IMG/VR virus record: IMGVR_UViG_3300047357_000359
Coordinates: 1-64,000 of that record
DNA length: 64,000 bases
Source of the DNA: a virus
Direction: 5' to 3' (one strand)
Numbering within the stretch: the stretch's first letter is position 1; every line of letters starts with the position of its first letter. Of the stretch, positions 27,620 through 36,200 are shown one piece after another. The notes beneath the pieces are model-generated. The model did no database searches. It was not told where the DNA came from and saw nothing but the letters and a program-made list of their open reading frames with translations. The translations under genes were made by a program, and so were the position numbers.

Positions 27620-28414
27620 ATGATACCAGAACAAGGGATTATGACTATGAACTTCAAGCAAAGAAGTTTATTGTTTGCAAAAATAAGCCAAATTGCTTAC
27701 TTAAATAAAGCCAATGCTACAAAGCAGGCTAAAAAAATAGGTTTTACAACTGTAGAGTACTACGATGTAAAAGGAGCTCAATCTTACCGTTTTATGAATA
27801 AACGTGATTTAGTTATAGCTTGTAGGGGAACAGAGCCAACACAATATGCTGATATTAAAGCTGATGCCAATGCATTGCCAGTTATAGCAGAAACAGTTAG
27901 TAGAGTACACAAAGGATTCAAAGGGCAAGTAGACGAGCTATGGCCAGCTATTAGAGAAGACTTAACTCGTACACAAAATAAAAATAAAGATGTGTGGTTT
28001 ACAGGACACAGTTTAGGAGCGGCAATGGCAACTATTATGGCTAGTCGTTGTATGTTCTTTGAGCTAGTACCTAACCCAGAAGAACTTTACACATACGGAT
28101 CACCAAGAGTAGGTTGGAAAGGTTACGTTGATAGTTTAGGCATTACCCATCATCGTTGGAAGAACAATAACGATATAGTAACAACTGTTCCTCTTGCAAT
28201 TATGGGTTTCAAACATCACGGAACTATGCACTACCTAAACAGTTATGGAAATGTACGTAGACCTACTGGTTGGCAAATGATTAAAGATAGATTACGTGGC
28301 ATGTGGACAGGAATCAAAAAAGGAAAAATAGATAACTTTTCAGATCATTTGATTCATAACTACATTGAACATTTACAAAACTACAAAGACGGAAAAGAAA
28401 ACCCACAAAAATAA
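27620..28414 (+). CDS. Class 3 lipase
   Basis: RGTE, VHKGF, TGHSLGAA, YTYGSPRVG, NNDIV..VP, DH. Confidence 0.9.
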   Translation: MIPEQGIMTMNFKQRSLLFAKISQIAYLNKANATKQAKKIGFTTVEYYDVKGAQSYRFMNKRDLVIACRGTEPTQYADIKADANALPVIAETVSRVHKGFKGQVDELWPAIREDLTRTQNKNKDVWFTGHSLGAAMATIMASRCMFFELVPNPEELYTYGSPRVGWKGYVDSLGITHHRWKNNNDIVTTVPLAIMGFKHHGTMHYLNSYGNVRRPTGWQMIKDRLRGMWTGIKKGKIDNFSDHLIHNYIEHLQNYKDGKENPQK

Positions 28415-28417
28415 AAT

Positions 28418-28606
28418 ATGACTCGTAAAACAAATACCATGTTGATAGGCCTACTTGGTACTATACTTCTAGGCTTAGCTTCATGGACATTGATTACATT
28501 GATGGAGTTACAGATACTAGTTAGTATGATTGAACAAGACCTAATAAGTATTGACAAACAGTTTGGTCGTGTGTACAACTTTATAGATAGTATTAGACAA
28601 CGTTAA
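28418..28606 (+). CDS. Small membrane protein
   Basis: TM helix plus short coil. Confidence 0.6.
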   Translation: MTRKTNTMLIGLLGTILLGLASWTLITLMELQILVSMIEQDLISIDKQFGRVYNFIDSIRQR

Positions 28607-28608
28607 GT

Positions 28609-28682
28609 TGGCATAGGTGGAGGGAATCGAACCCCCATTAACTGGTTTGGAATCAGTTGTGTTACCATTACACCACACCCAT
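28609..28682 (-). tRNA. tRNA-Trp (CCA)
   Basis: Acceptor ATGGGTG/CACCTAT, G73, encoded CCA, anticodon loop TTCCAAA. Confidence 0.9.
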
Positions 28683-28719
28683 AAAAAAAGCCCCTAATAA
28701 AATTAATTACTAGGGGCTT
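28683..28719 (-). terminator. Intrinsic terminator directly upstream of tRNA-Trp (attenuator)
   Basis: AAGCCCCTAGTAA-TTAATT-TTATTAGGGGC-T7, abutting tRNA position 1. Confidence 0.85.
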
Positions 28720-28748
28720 CGCAATATAACTTTTTTTAGAAAGTCACA

Positions 28749-28802
28749 TCAAGACATACCCCTCAAGGGCCAACATAATTGTGTTCTGATAGTCTTTGAC
28801 AT
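28749..28802 (-). CDS. Putative leader peptide MSKTIRTQLCWPLRGMS (one Trp codon)
   Basis: 17-codon ORF with AGGA SD between the promoter (TTGACA-N17-TATATT, about 28838-28866) and the terminator. Confidence 0.65.
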   Translation of the reverse strand: MSKTIRTQLCWPLRGMS

Positions 28803-28862
28803 GTTTGAAATTTTCCTGTGTTCTTAGTTATACATATAATATAACATCTGTATTTAGTGTTG

Positions 28863-29243
28863 TCAACCTTTTATTTTAGATTTATAATCTTTTATTGCAG
28901 ATTTAATTGCATCTTCGGCTAGAACTGAACAATGTATTTTAACTGGCGGTAATGCAAGTTCTTCTACAATGTCCATATTCTTTACTGCTGATGCTTCGTC
29001 TAGTGTCATACCTTTAACCATCTCAGTTACTAAACTTGAACTTGCTATTGCACTACCGCAACCATAAGTTTTAAATTTAGCATCTGTTATTATACCTTCT
29101 TCAACTTCTATCTGTAGACGCATAACATCACCACATGCTGGTGCACCTACCATTCCTGTTCCTATATTATCTTTCTTTGGATCAAATGTTCCGACGTTGC
29201 GTGGGTTTTCGTAATGGTCAAGTACCTTTTCAGAGTATGCCAT
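28863..29243 (-). CDS. iscU: Fe-S cluster scaffold IscU
   Basis: MAYSEKVLDHYENPRNVG, GAPACGDVM, FKTYGCGSAIASSS, LPPVKIHCSVLAEDA. Confidence 0.97.
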   Translation of the reverse strand: MAYSEKVLDHYENPRNVGTFDPKKDNIGTGMVGAPACGDVMRLQIEVEEGIITDAKFKTYGCGSAIASSSLVTEMVKGMTLDEASAVKNMDIVEELALPPVKIHCSVLAEDAIKSAIKDYKSKIKG

Positions 29244-29286
29244 ATTAGCCTCGTGTAGTTATACTACATCTATTTATAACTTATAT

Positions 29287-29386
29287 TGGCTCTGGGGGAA
29301 GGACTCGAACCTCCACGATAAATAATTTGCCGTCATTTACCACACGAGAAACAATCGTGCGTGTCTACCAATTTCACCACCCCAGA
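29287..29386 (-). tRNA. Atypical 100-nt tRNA-Asn (GTT) with very long variable arm
   Basis: Acceptor TCTGGGG/CCCCAGA, G73, CCA; D-arm GTGAAATTGGTAGACAC; anticodon arm CACGA-TTGTTTC-TCGTG; 28-nt variable region; T-arm GGAGG-TTCGAGT-CCTTC. Confidence 0.85.
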
Positions 29387-29392
29387 TTATTC

Positions 29393-30223
29393 TTATACTT
29401 TGTTAATCTTTTCTAGTGCAGGAATCATACGTGTTATACCTATGCCTCCGCCTACTCTTTGAAAGAAGTCAAACTCTAAGAACTTTTCTAGTTCCGCTTC
29501 AACTCTTTCCTTACCGAATAGTTTGAATAGTAACTCTGAATAAGCACCGTCTGTAATACTATGGAATGTATCACGCATCATATCAACATCACATGAACGT
29601 TCTGCTGATCCAATAGTTTCCATACCACCTAGTATAACGTCCATCTTCTTTGCAGTATTTCCGTCATCGTTTCTAGCCATGTTCCAGAAAGGTGATGTTA
29701 GTTCAGGGAAGTTTGTAATAAGTGTTTGACCAAACTCTTTTTCCATTGCAAGTTCGTGTTCTGCTTCCATTTCTGTATCAGCACTTAGTCCAAAGTGTTG
29801 TTGCCATTCAGCATAAGTCTTTTCTGTAATGTTGCCAAAGCCTAAGTATTCACATAGTTCATACTCCATTGCTTTTAGATCATCTACATTACCTGGCATT
29901 TCAAATTCAAACATTGGAAATATTATATCATGTCTGCCTGGTATTGCGTTTGGTTCCTGTCTATAGGAAGTGGAGACACAAAAAAACCCCTTACTATCGG
30001 GGCTACTTAATAATTCATGTTCTAACCACATCTGGCCTGTTTGCGGCAATGGCCAAACCTGGCCTGCGTAATTGTATGTTGCTACATTGAATGGATCTTC
30101 ACATGCGGCAAGTATGCTTAGTCTGTTTTGGGTATGGACTTCTAAAAATCCTTTATCCAAAAAAAATGACCTTAAAAGGCCAACTGTCTTCGTAAATTTA
30201 TTTGGGGATATCAACTGCGTCAT
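29393..30223 (-). CDS. Class IIb aminoacyl-tRNA synthetase paralogue (AsnRS/AspRS-like), catalytic domain only
   Basis: Motif 1 LRSFFLDKGFLEVHT, LPQTGQMWLE, motif 2 SYRQEP...RH...FPMFEFE, ETIGSAER, motif 3 GGGIGITR; no N-terminal OB-fold. Confidence 0.85.
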   Translation of the reverse strand: MTQLISPNKFTKTVGLLRSFFLDKGFLEVHTQNRLSILAACEDPFNVATYNYAGQVWPLPQTGQMWLEHELLSSPDSKGFFCVSTSYRQEPNAIPGRHDIIFPMFEFEMPGNVDDLKAMEYELCEYLGFGNITEKTYAEWQQHFGLSADTEMEAEHELAMEKEFGQTLITNFPELTSPFWNMARNDDGNTAKKMDVILGGMETIGSAERSCDVDMMRDTFHSITDGAYSELLFKLFGKERVEAELEKFLEFDFFQRVGGGIGITRMIPALEKINKV

Positions 30224-30277
30224 TTTCTTTTTTTCCTTTTCATTAGTCAAAAAAAATTTGCTCAACAAGTGCCGAGC

Positions 30278-30448
30278 TTAATTTTCCTTCTCATTATTTA
30301 TCCTCGCGCCTCCTGTTTTGCCGCAATGCGGACAATGGAAAGTGTAACGTTCAATACGTAACTTTTCTTCCATTGTCGCATAGGTGAACCAGTTAGAACA
30401 ACTAGTGCAAGTTAAATGCCATATGATCTCTTTAACAGCATTAAACAT
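30278..30448 (-). CDS. Zinc-ribbon protein (56 aa, not in ORF track)
   Basis: MFNAVKEIIWHLTCTSCSNWF...FHCPHCGK. Confidence 0.7.
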   Translation of the reverse strand: MFNAVKEIIWHLTCTSCSNWFTYATMEEKLRIERYTFHCPHCGKTGGARINNEKEN

Positions 30449-30610
30449 CTAATCTTGTAATCCTATACAAGGAATAAGAATAGATTGCTTACAGTTATCT
30501 GGATAAGCAATAGCTGAACCAAGTATAGGCATACCTACCATACCAATAATGATAATCAAGAACGCCCATCCTAGTCCTTTTAGTGTGCAATAATTAGTTT
30601 GCTCACTCAT
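30449..30610 (-). CDS. Small membrane protein
   Basis: MSEQTNYC...TM...YPDNCKQSILIPC. Confidence 0.6.
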   Translation of the reverse strand: MSEQTNYCTLKGLGWAFLIIIIGMVGMPILGSAIAYPDNCKQSILIPCIGLQD

Positions 30611-30896
30611 GTTCGCCACCTGCTCCGCGACCAAAGCCGCCAAAGTACTCTGGCTTACGTTTTGCAGTTTCAAATGTTGCAACAGTGACCGCTATGGCAC
30701 CAAGTAATAATGTGTGTAGTACCATACTGAACACACCCATGTACATGCTACCTACAATGATACCAAATACTGTACACCACATCCATGCAAGAACTTGCAT
30801 AATCATATGTCGTGTACTAAAGTCTGGAATAACACTTAACGGATTCTTTTCATGATCCATTACTACATTCCAACTGTCGTATACCCATTTCCTCAT
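30603..30896 (-). CDS. Small two-TM membrane protein
   Basis: MRKWVYDSWNVVMD..KNPL..IPD...RH.IMQVLAWMWC; AAGGAG SD; promoter at about 30931-30959. Confidence 0.75.
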   Translation of the reverse strand: MRKWVYDSWNVVMDHEKNPLSVIPDFSTRHMIMQVLAWMWCTVFGIIVGSMYMGVFSMVLHTLLLGAIAVTVATFETAKRKPEYFGGFGRGAGGEHE

Positions 30897-30967
30897 AAGA
30901 GTCTCCTTTTGCTTGTCTATACGTACGACTAATGTAACATAGGAATTGACGGTTGTCAACCTAAAAG

Positions 30968-31043
30968 TGGTGCCGGCACACGGACTCGAACCGCGGACCT
31001 ACTGATTACAAATCAGTTGCTCTACCAACTGAGCTATGCCGGC
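30968..31043 (-). tRNA. tRNA-Thr (TGT)
   Basis: Canonical cloverleaf, ACTGA-TTTGTAA-TCAGT, encoded CCA. Confidence 0.95.
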
Positions 31044-31045
31044 CT

Positions 31046-31119
31046 TGGAGCGGGTGAGGAGAATCGAACTCCTATCATTAGCTTGGAAGGCTAAGGTCTT
31101 ACCATTACACAACACCCGC
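31046..31119 (-). tRNA. tRNA-Gly (TCC)
   Basis: GCGGGTG/CACCCGC, U73, TTAGC-CTTCCAA-GCTAA, encoded CCA. Confidence 0.95.
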
Positions 31120-31226
31120 TCATGTGTTTAATATACATACTATATAGCATGTGTTCGGCTTAGTCAATCTCTTTATGAACAAGTTTGTTTATTTCTTTAC
31201 TAAATACAACATAGGAACTGGATAAT

Positions 31227-31502
31227 ATGAGAAAACGTACAAGATCAATACTAGAAGAACTTAGTAGCTTTAGACAAACTACAGACAATGAAGCACTCGT
31301 ACAAACTACGGGTAATAACCTTATTGAAAGTTCTATTAACTTACTTAATCGCATTGCAGAACAATACGATGCTGAAACTGCTTCGGACTTAGAAAGACGA
31401 TTCATTAACAGTATACGTAGTGGCGACCCTCGCAAGTTCAAACGTGGTGTAGATAAAATTGTTGAATCACGCAACAAAAAGGATACAAACAATGATTCTT
31501 AA
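31227..31502 (+). CDS. Conserved phage hypothetical protein
   Basis: M.KRTRSILEEL...ERRFINSIR..DP.KF.RG; CTAAATA upstream. Confidence 0.8.
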   Translation: MRKRTRSILEELSSFRQTTDNEALVQTTGNNLIESSINLLNRIAEQYDAETASDLERRFINSIRSGDPRKFKRGVDKIVESRNKKDTNNDS

Positions 31503-32196
31503 TGAAGGCGGAAACATATTCAAAGATCCAGAGACTAAAGAACCTGTAACACAGCGTATCAATCAAGCTGACGTTGATCCTACACTTGCATGGTTAGAAA
31601 AGATTACAGGACTACCACATAAAGATTTTAAATTAGGTAGCACAGGAATTAGAAGTACAAGTGGCGATATGGATATTGCTGTTAACCAAGATGAAGTTAC
31701 CAAAGATGAAATGGTTGCTAAACTTGCGGCATGGGTACAAAAGAATCACCCAGGAGACGATCTTAAAAAATGGATTAGAAAAAGTGGCATCAACGTACAC
31801 TTCCTAACTCCAATCAATGGCAACCCTGAAGAAGGCTATGTACAAACAGATTTAATGTTTGGTGAGCCTGAGTTCATGAAGTTCGCACTCAAAGGCAGTG
31901 GCGACAACACACCATACAAAGGACAACATAGAATGATCCTTATTAGCAGTATTGCTAAAGCACAAGGATACAAGTTTAGTAGTGGAGCAGGATTAGTAGA
32001 TAGAATTACAAATCAAACTATATCTAAAAACCCAGATGAGATTGCAAAAACATTAATGGGCGATACTGCTACAGCAAAAGATATGGATAGTGTTGAAACA
32101 ATCATTGCAAAAATTAAAACAGACCCTAACTACGAAAACTTAGTTAAAGACGCTAGAGACAACTTCGAAAAGAACGGACTAGAGTTACCCAAATGA
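31492..32196 (+). CDS. Pol-beta-type nucleotidyltransferase-like protein
   Basis: LGSTG...SGDMDIAV and VQTDLM acidic motifs. Confidence 0.65.
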   Translation: MILNEGGNIFKDPETKEPVTQRINQADVDPTLAWLEKITGLPHKDFKLGSTGIRSTSGDMDIAVNQDEVTKDEMVAKLAAWVQKNHPGDDLKKWIRKSGINVHFLTPINGNPEEGYVQTDLMFGEPEFMKFALKGSGDNTPYKGQHRMILISSIAKAQGYKFSSGAGLVDRITNQTISKNPDEIAKTLMGDTATAKDMDSVETIIAKIKTDPNYENLVKDARDNFEKNGLELPK

Positions 32197-33335
32197 GATT
32201 TAACGAAATAATAAACGAAGCAGAAGCTCGAATACAACATGCTGAAGACTTAATCTTCTTCCATGGTAGTGCAGGTGCCAAACGTGCATTGGATTCAATT
32301 GCCAGCATGGGTACAGGAGGACATACTAATGCAACAATTAAATGGGATGGATCTCCCGCAGTCATTTTTGGCCGCGATGAAAATGGAGAGTTCATACTTA
32401 CAGACAAGTCAGGCTTTGGTGCAAAAGGATACGACGGCAAATCAAAAAGTGCTGATGACCTTGAGCAAATGTTCCTCAACCGTAGTGGTGGAAAGAACAG
32501 AGATAAACCAGGCTATGTAGCATTCGCAGGTAGAATGAAAGCTCTGTTTCCTATTGCAGAAAAAGCTGTTCCAATTGAACACAGAGGATTCTTTAAAGGC
32601 GACATGCTTTACTTTGATACACCAACTAACAACAAAGGCGTATTACAGTTTACTCCTAACACAGTAACTTACACAGTACAAGCAGACAGCGATGTAGGTA
32701 AGAAGATACTAGCAAGTCAAGCTGGTGTAGTTATTCACAGAGTAGTAGATGCGGCAGGTGCTGAAAGTCCTTTAAAAGATTACGACATGTTCCAAGGATC
32801 AAAACTATTAGTGTTACCTCCAGTAGTTGCACAAACGGCTCCAGAGGTTGACCTAACTAAACTAAAAAGTTTACAAGGTGTTGTTGCTAAGAATGGTCCT
32901 GCTATTGATAGTCTGTTAGACACAGCTACATTACAGCAAATGCAAGTTAGTGACTTTGCACAAATACTTTATGCTTATACAAATAGTAAAGTAGACTCAG
33001 GATTAGCCAACTTAGGTAAAGACTTTGTACAATGGTTAACAACTAGCAAAGTATCTAAGAAGAAACAAGCAAAAATTATTGAGTATATTAAAACGCACAT
33101 GAAGGCGTTTCAGGCAATGTGGCAAACTGTTTCAGGGATAATGGAAGTCAAGGACGACATTATTACACAAATGGAAAGCAAACAAACAGACATTAAGGCA
33201 TCTATCGCAGGGAAGCCAGGTGGCGAGGGCTATGTATTAGCCAACCCAGGCGGCGATATTAAATTAGTAAACCGCTCTGAATTTAGTAAAGCTAACAGAG
33301 CAATTAAACGGGAGAGTAAACATGAAAGCATCTGA
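32193..33335 (+). CDS. DUF6267-like protein with ligase-type nucleotidyltransferase motifs
   Basis: H.ED, TIKWDGSPAVIFG, FKGD, FTPNT..Y, GEGYV, IKLVNR..FS..N. Confidence 0.7.
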   Translation: MRFNEIINEAEARIQHAEDLIFFHGSAGAKRALDSIASMGTGGHTNATIKWDGSPAVIFGRDENGEFILTDKSGFGAKGYDGKSKSADDLEQMFLNRSGGKNRDKPGYVAFAGRMKALFPIAEKAVPIEHRGFFKGDMLYFDTPTNNKGVLQFTPNTVTYTVQADSDVGKKILASQAGVVIHRVVDAAGAESPLKDYDMFQGSKLLVLPPVVAQTAPEVDLTKLKSLQGVVAKNGPAIDSLLDTATLQQMQVSDFAQILYAYTNSKVDSGLANLGKDFVQWLTTSKVSKKKQAKIIEYIKTHMKAFQAMWQTVSGIMEVKDDIITQMESKQTDIKASIAGKPGGEGYVLANPGGDIKLVNRSEFSKANRAIKRESKHESI

Positions 33336-33729
33336 TTTTGATAGCGACTTCGCCGACATGAAAAAAGGGTTTGACCCAGCGGACGATGATAATGCAGATA
33401 TGGATAAAGAATTTAAGCAAATGCCAATGATTACACAGATTGGTAAGATTTTAGATTCAAGAGGTAACCCTAATCCAGTTACACATTTAACAAGTGAAAC
33501 TGGCAAGAAATACAAAGCTAGTGTTACACATGCACAAACACTTAAAATGATGTTAACAACTGATGCAGTTAAGCCTGCAATCAAACGTGAGTTTACATTA
33601 GACATTGCACAAGACGAACTGTTAGGTAAAATGTTAAGTGCTAAGAGTCAAGAAGAAATGGTCAACATCTTTAAAGACAAGTATATGAAAGATGGTGGCA
33701 ACACAGAACGCAGAAGTAATTACGCATAA
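33322..33729 (+). CDS. Hypothetical late protein
   Basis: 135-aa ORF, GGAG SD. Confidence 0.7.
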   Translation: MKASDFDSDFADMKKGFDPADDDNADMDKEFKQMPMITQIGKILDSRGNPNPVTHLTSETGKKYKASVTHAQTLKMMLTTDAVKPAIKREFTLDIAQDELLGKMLSAKSQEEMVNIFKDKYMKDGGNTERRSNYA

Positions 33730-34601
33730 TGGAACTTAACTTTTTAACAGAACTACACGAAGCGAGGATGACTCGCAACACGTCTGATAACTCTAAATTA
33801 AGTTATACAGATTGTTGTGAGCGTCTTTACTTGATGACATTAGTGTTAGAACTGTTAAGAAAGTTTTCAGAGTTCAATGGTACCGTAGCAGGATACGCAA
33901 CAAAGACTACACAGAATCAAAACTATAGACAGTTTAGGATGCATGGCACTGATCTCTATAACTTAATATATTTTGTTAGTGGAGACGATGATGCAATGAT
34001 GAAACTCAAAGACTTTGAAAGTGCAAAGAAAGTTAGAGCTAGTACATTTTTACCTGTAATGGGATTAAACAGATGGCTAATAACTTTAAAAGGTACAAGC
34101 AAAACATCAGGCAGTGAAATGCTTATGTCAATTGAACGTGCTTGTAAAATTACTAATACTGATTACAAAACAATTAGACGAGCAGTAACTAATTGGGATA
34201 GGCTTAGTGGCGCAGATAAAAAGAAATGGGTAACTAAACTATTACTTGCTTCAAGAGCTAAACTTCGTAACAGTGATATTATTATGTACCTTGAAGAACT
34301 AGCAAGAAAAGCTAACCTTGAAGATACTAAAGTAAAAGACAACGAACCTACAGTAAGTAAGCCAGACATGGTTCCAACTACTGCACAAGACCTAGCACTA
34401 TACAGATACATTGTTGGTGCAAAGAACGTAATGGGAACTAAAAAGTTTTTAGATGCGGCAAAGAAAGGTCAAAGTATGTCACCTGCATTCGTTAAAGCAT
34501 ATCTACCAGCAGTAGAATTAATAGACGATATCGTAAAAGCAGGCCCAGGATACATACAAATGCTACGAGCATTGCAAAAAAGAGCTAAAAACAGCCGATA
34601 A
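33729..34601 (+). CDS. Hypothetical late protein
   Basis: 290-aa ORF starting MELNFLTELHEARM. Confidence 0.8.
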   Translation: MELNFLTELHEARMTRNTSDNSKLSYTDCCERLYLMTLVLELLRKFSEFNGTVAGYATKTTQNQNYRQFRMHGTDLYNLIYFVSGDDDAMMKLKDFESAKKVRASTFLPVMGLNRWLITLKGTSKTSGSEMLMSIERACKITNTDYKTIRRAVTNWDRLSGADKKKWVTKLLLASRAKLRNSDIIMYLEELARKANLEDTKVKDNEPTVSKPDMVPTTAQDLALYRYIVGAKNVMGTKKFLDAAKKGQSMSPAFVKAYLPAVELIDDIVKAGPGYIQMLRALQKRAKNSR

Positions 34602-34710
34602 TCCACCCATTTTCCTAAAACGGATAAATAAAAGTAACCACAATACACGAGAAAAAGTGTGTGGCCATTAGAGCCGAGGGAAACCTCATTTATAACATAG
34701 GAGAAATAAA

Positions 34711-35049
34711 ATGGCTGGAGTAGCAAGAACAACTGGACTAGGACATGCACACGCAACGTTATATAGTACAGCAAATTTAGGATTTTACGTAGTTGACGCA
34801 GGAGCTTCATTAGCGGCTGAAGGCGGAATTGGTAAAGCATTAGAACTAATTGCACAAGCAATTAACCCAATCGCAATGAACAGTGAAGGTACTGCTGGAT
34901 TGTTAAACATTGTAGTTGACGACACACAGTGGGACGCGGCTTCTTTACAAGCGGCAATCAGACACTTAGGTGCGGCGGCTGGATCAGGCGACTATGACGC
35001 GACTGGTGCAACTGTAACTGCAGGTGGACAATTCATCGTAAGTGCATAA
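34711..35049 (+). CDS. Small Ala/Gly-rich putative virion structural protein
   Basis: GATAAATA promoter, strong SD, own terminator. Confidence 0.7.
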   Translation: MAGVARTTGLGHAHATLYSTANLGFYVVDAGASLAAEGGIGKALELIAQAINPIAMNSEGTAGLLNIVVDDTQWDAASLQAAIRHLGAAAGSGDYDATGATVTAGGQFIVSA

Positions 35050-35075
35050 TAGTACTAACGTAAATTAAAACTTAG

Positions 35076-35108
35076 AAAGGGCTCAGTTTTTACTGGGCCC
35101 TTTTTTTA
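35076..35108 (+). terminator. Intrinsic terminator
   Basis: GGGCTCAGT-TTTT-ACTGGGCCC followed by a T-tract. Confidence 0.85.
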
Positions 35109-35125
35109 TGGCCATAAATAGATGC

Positions 35126-35530
35126 ATGGACACATTCATCATTGAAACACTCGTAGACATAACCAATACTGGATTGAACAAGTTCAAAACTGAAGATCGT
35201 CATTTGATTAATCAACAGTCTAACTGGAATACAGCACAGCAAGTTATGAGTATGAGAGCAAACATATACTTTGATACAAAGCCCACAGTTGAAAAAAGAG
35301 ATATTAAAGACTTTGGTACAGCGTTTAAGGGCAAACATAATGTATGGTCGTTTCGTTTTGATGTTGAACAAGAAGGTGCCCTAAGTGTTGATGCACTAAA
35401 AGATGACTTTGATTTAATACCAGTTATACCTGGTTTAGATAGCACAATTACTATAAATAATAGTGCGTTCAGAACAAAAGATTCAGAGCGTATTAATATT
35501 ATTTTTAAAGTAGTAGATAAAGACGTATAA
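35126..35530 (+). CDS. Conserved phage hypothetical protein
   Basis: TLVDIT.TG...QQSNWNT..Q...R...W.F.F..E...PVI.GL. Confidence 0.75.
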   Translation: MDTFIIETLVDITNTGLNKFKTEDRHLINQQSNWNTAQQVMSMRANIYFDTKPTVEKRDIKDFGTAFKGKHNVWSFRFDVEQEGALSVDALKDDFDLIPVIPGLDSTITINNSAFRTKDSERINIIFKVVDKDV

Positions 35531-35647
35531 ACTGCTAATAAATACTATAGTAAAAAGGCACATATAACATCTCGCATATAAACACATTAGGCTAACAGAA
35601 AAGTTTACTAATCACCATTTGAGCAATGGGTTTAAAGGATAAAATAT

Positions 35648-35881
35648 ATGGCAACGCCGTTAGAAAAAAAGAACTTAGAAGCACACGTTGATTTGTGCGA
35701 ACAACGATATATACGTTTAGAGTCACGTTTAGCCAGCGTTGAGGACAAGCTAGAGCATGTCCATAATGATATTACACATGGCAACAAAGCTATGTTTAAA
35801 GTTTTAATTGGTGCAACAGGAACCATTGTTGCAGGACTACTTAGTACTATTGTAGTCATACTAATGAACTTTACCAACTAA
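35648..35881 (+). CDS. Small coiled-coil plus C-terminal TM protein
   Basis: EKKNLEAHVDLCEQRY..L..RL plus hydrophobic tail. Confidence 0.75.
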   Translation: MATPLEKKNLEAHVDLCEQRYIRLESRLASVEDKLEHVHNDITHGNKAMFKVLIGATGTIVAGLLSTIVVILMNFTN

Positions 35882-35915
35882 TTACACTTCCCTACTTACA
35901 TAGATAAATACACGT

Positions 35916-36200
35916 ATGCTGATACGTGAAGTCACATCAATAGACGAAAAACAAATTTGGGCACGTTCTGGAAAGAAAGTAGTCCGCAAGTACCGTTGTA
36001 CCCAAGGTCCTCGTAAAGGACGTATAGTGAAGAAGATGTCGCAATGTTTTGCGGCACCTAATATTAAAGCAAGAATTAACATGAAACGCTTACGAGCTAA
36101 GATAGGCGGCAAGATGATGCGTAAGGCTCGCAGAACTAAACGTGTTAATCCTGTTTCACGCAGAGTACAAGCGTTAAATAAAGCTGGACGCAGAAGATGA
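35916..36200 (+). CDS. Highly basic protein, paralogue A
   Basis: W...GKKVVRKYRCT.G.RKGRIV....C. Confidence 0.8.
   Translation: MLIREVTSIDEKQIWARSGKKVVRKYRCTQGPRKGRIVKKMSQCFAAPNIKARINMKRLRAKIGGKMMRKARRTKRVNPVSRRVQALNKAGRRR

Noticed and set aside
29315-29342. Extra segment of tRNA-Asn as an intron
   Set aside because: It lies at the variable-arm position and forms a clean 9-bp stem; it is far too short for a self-splicing intron and has no bulge-helix-bulge.
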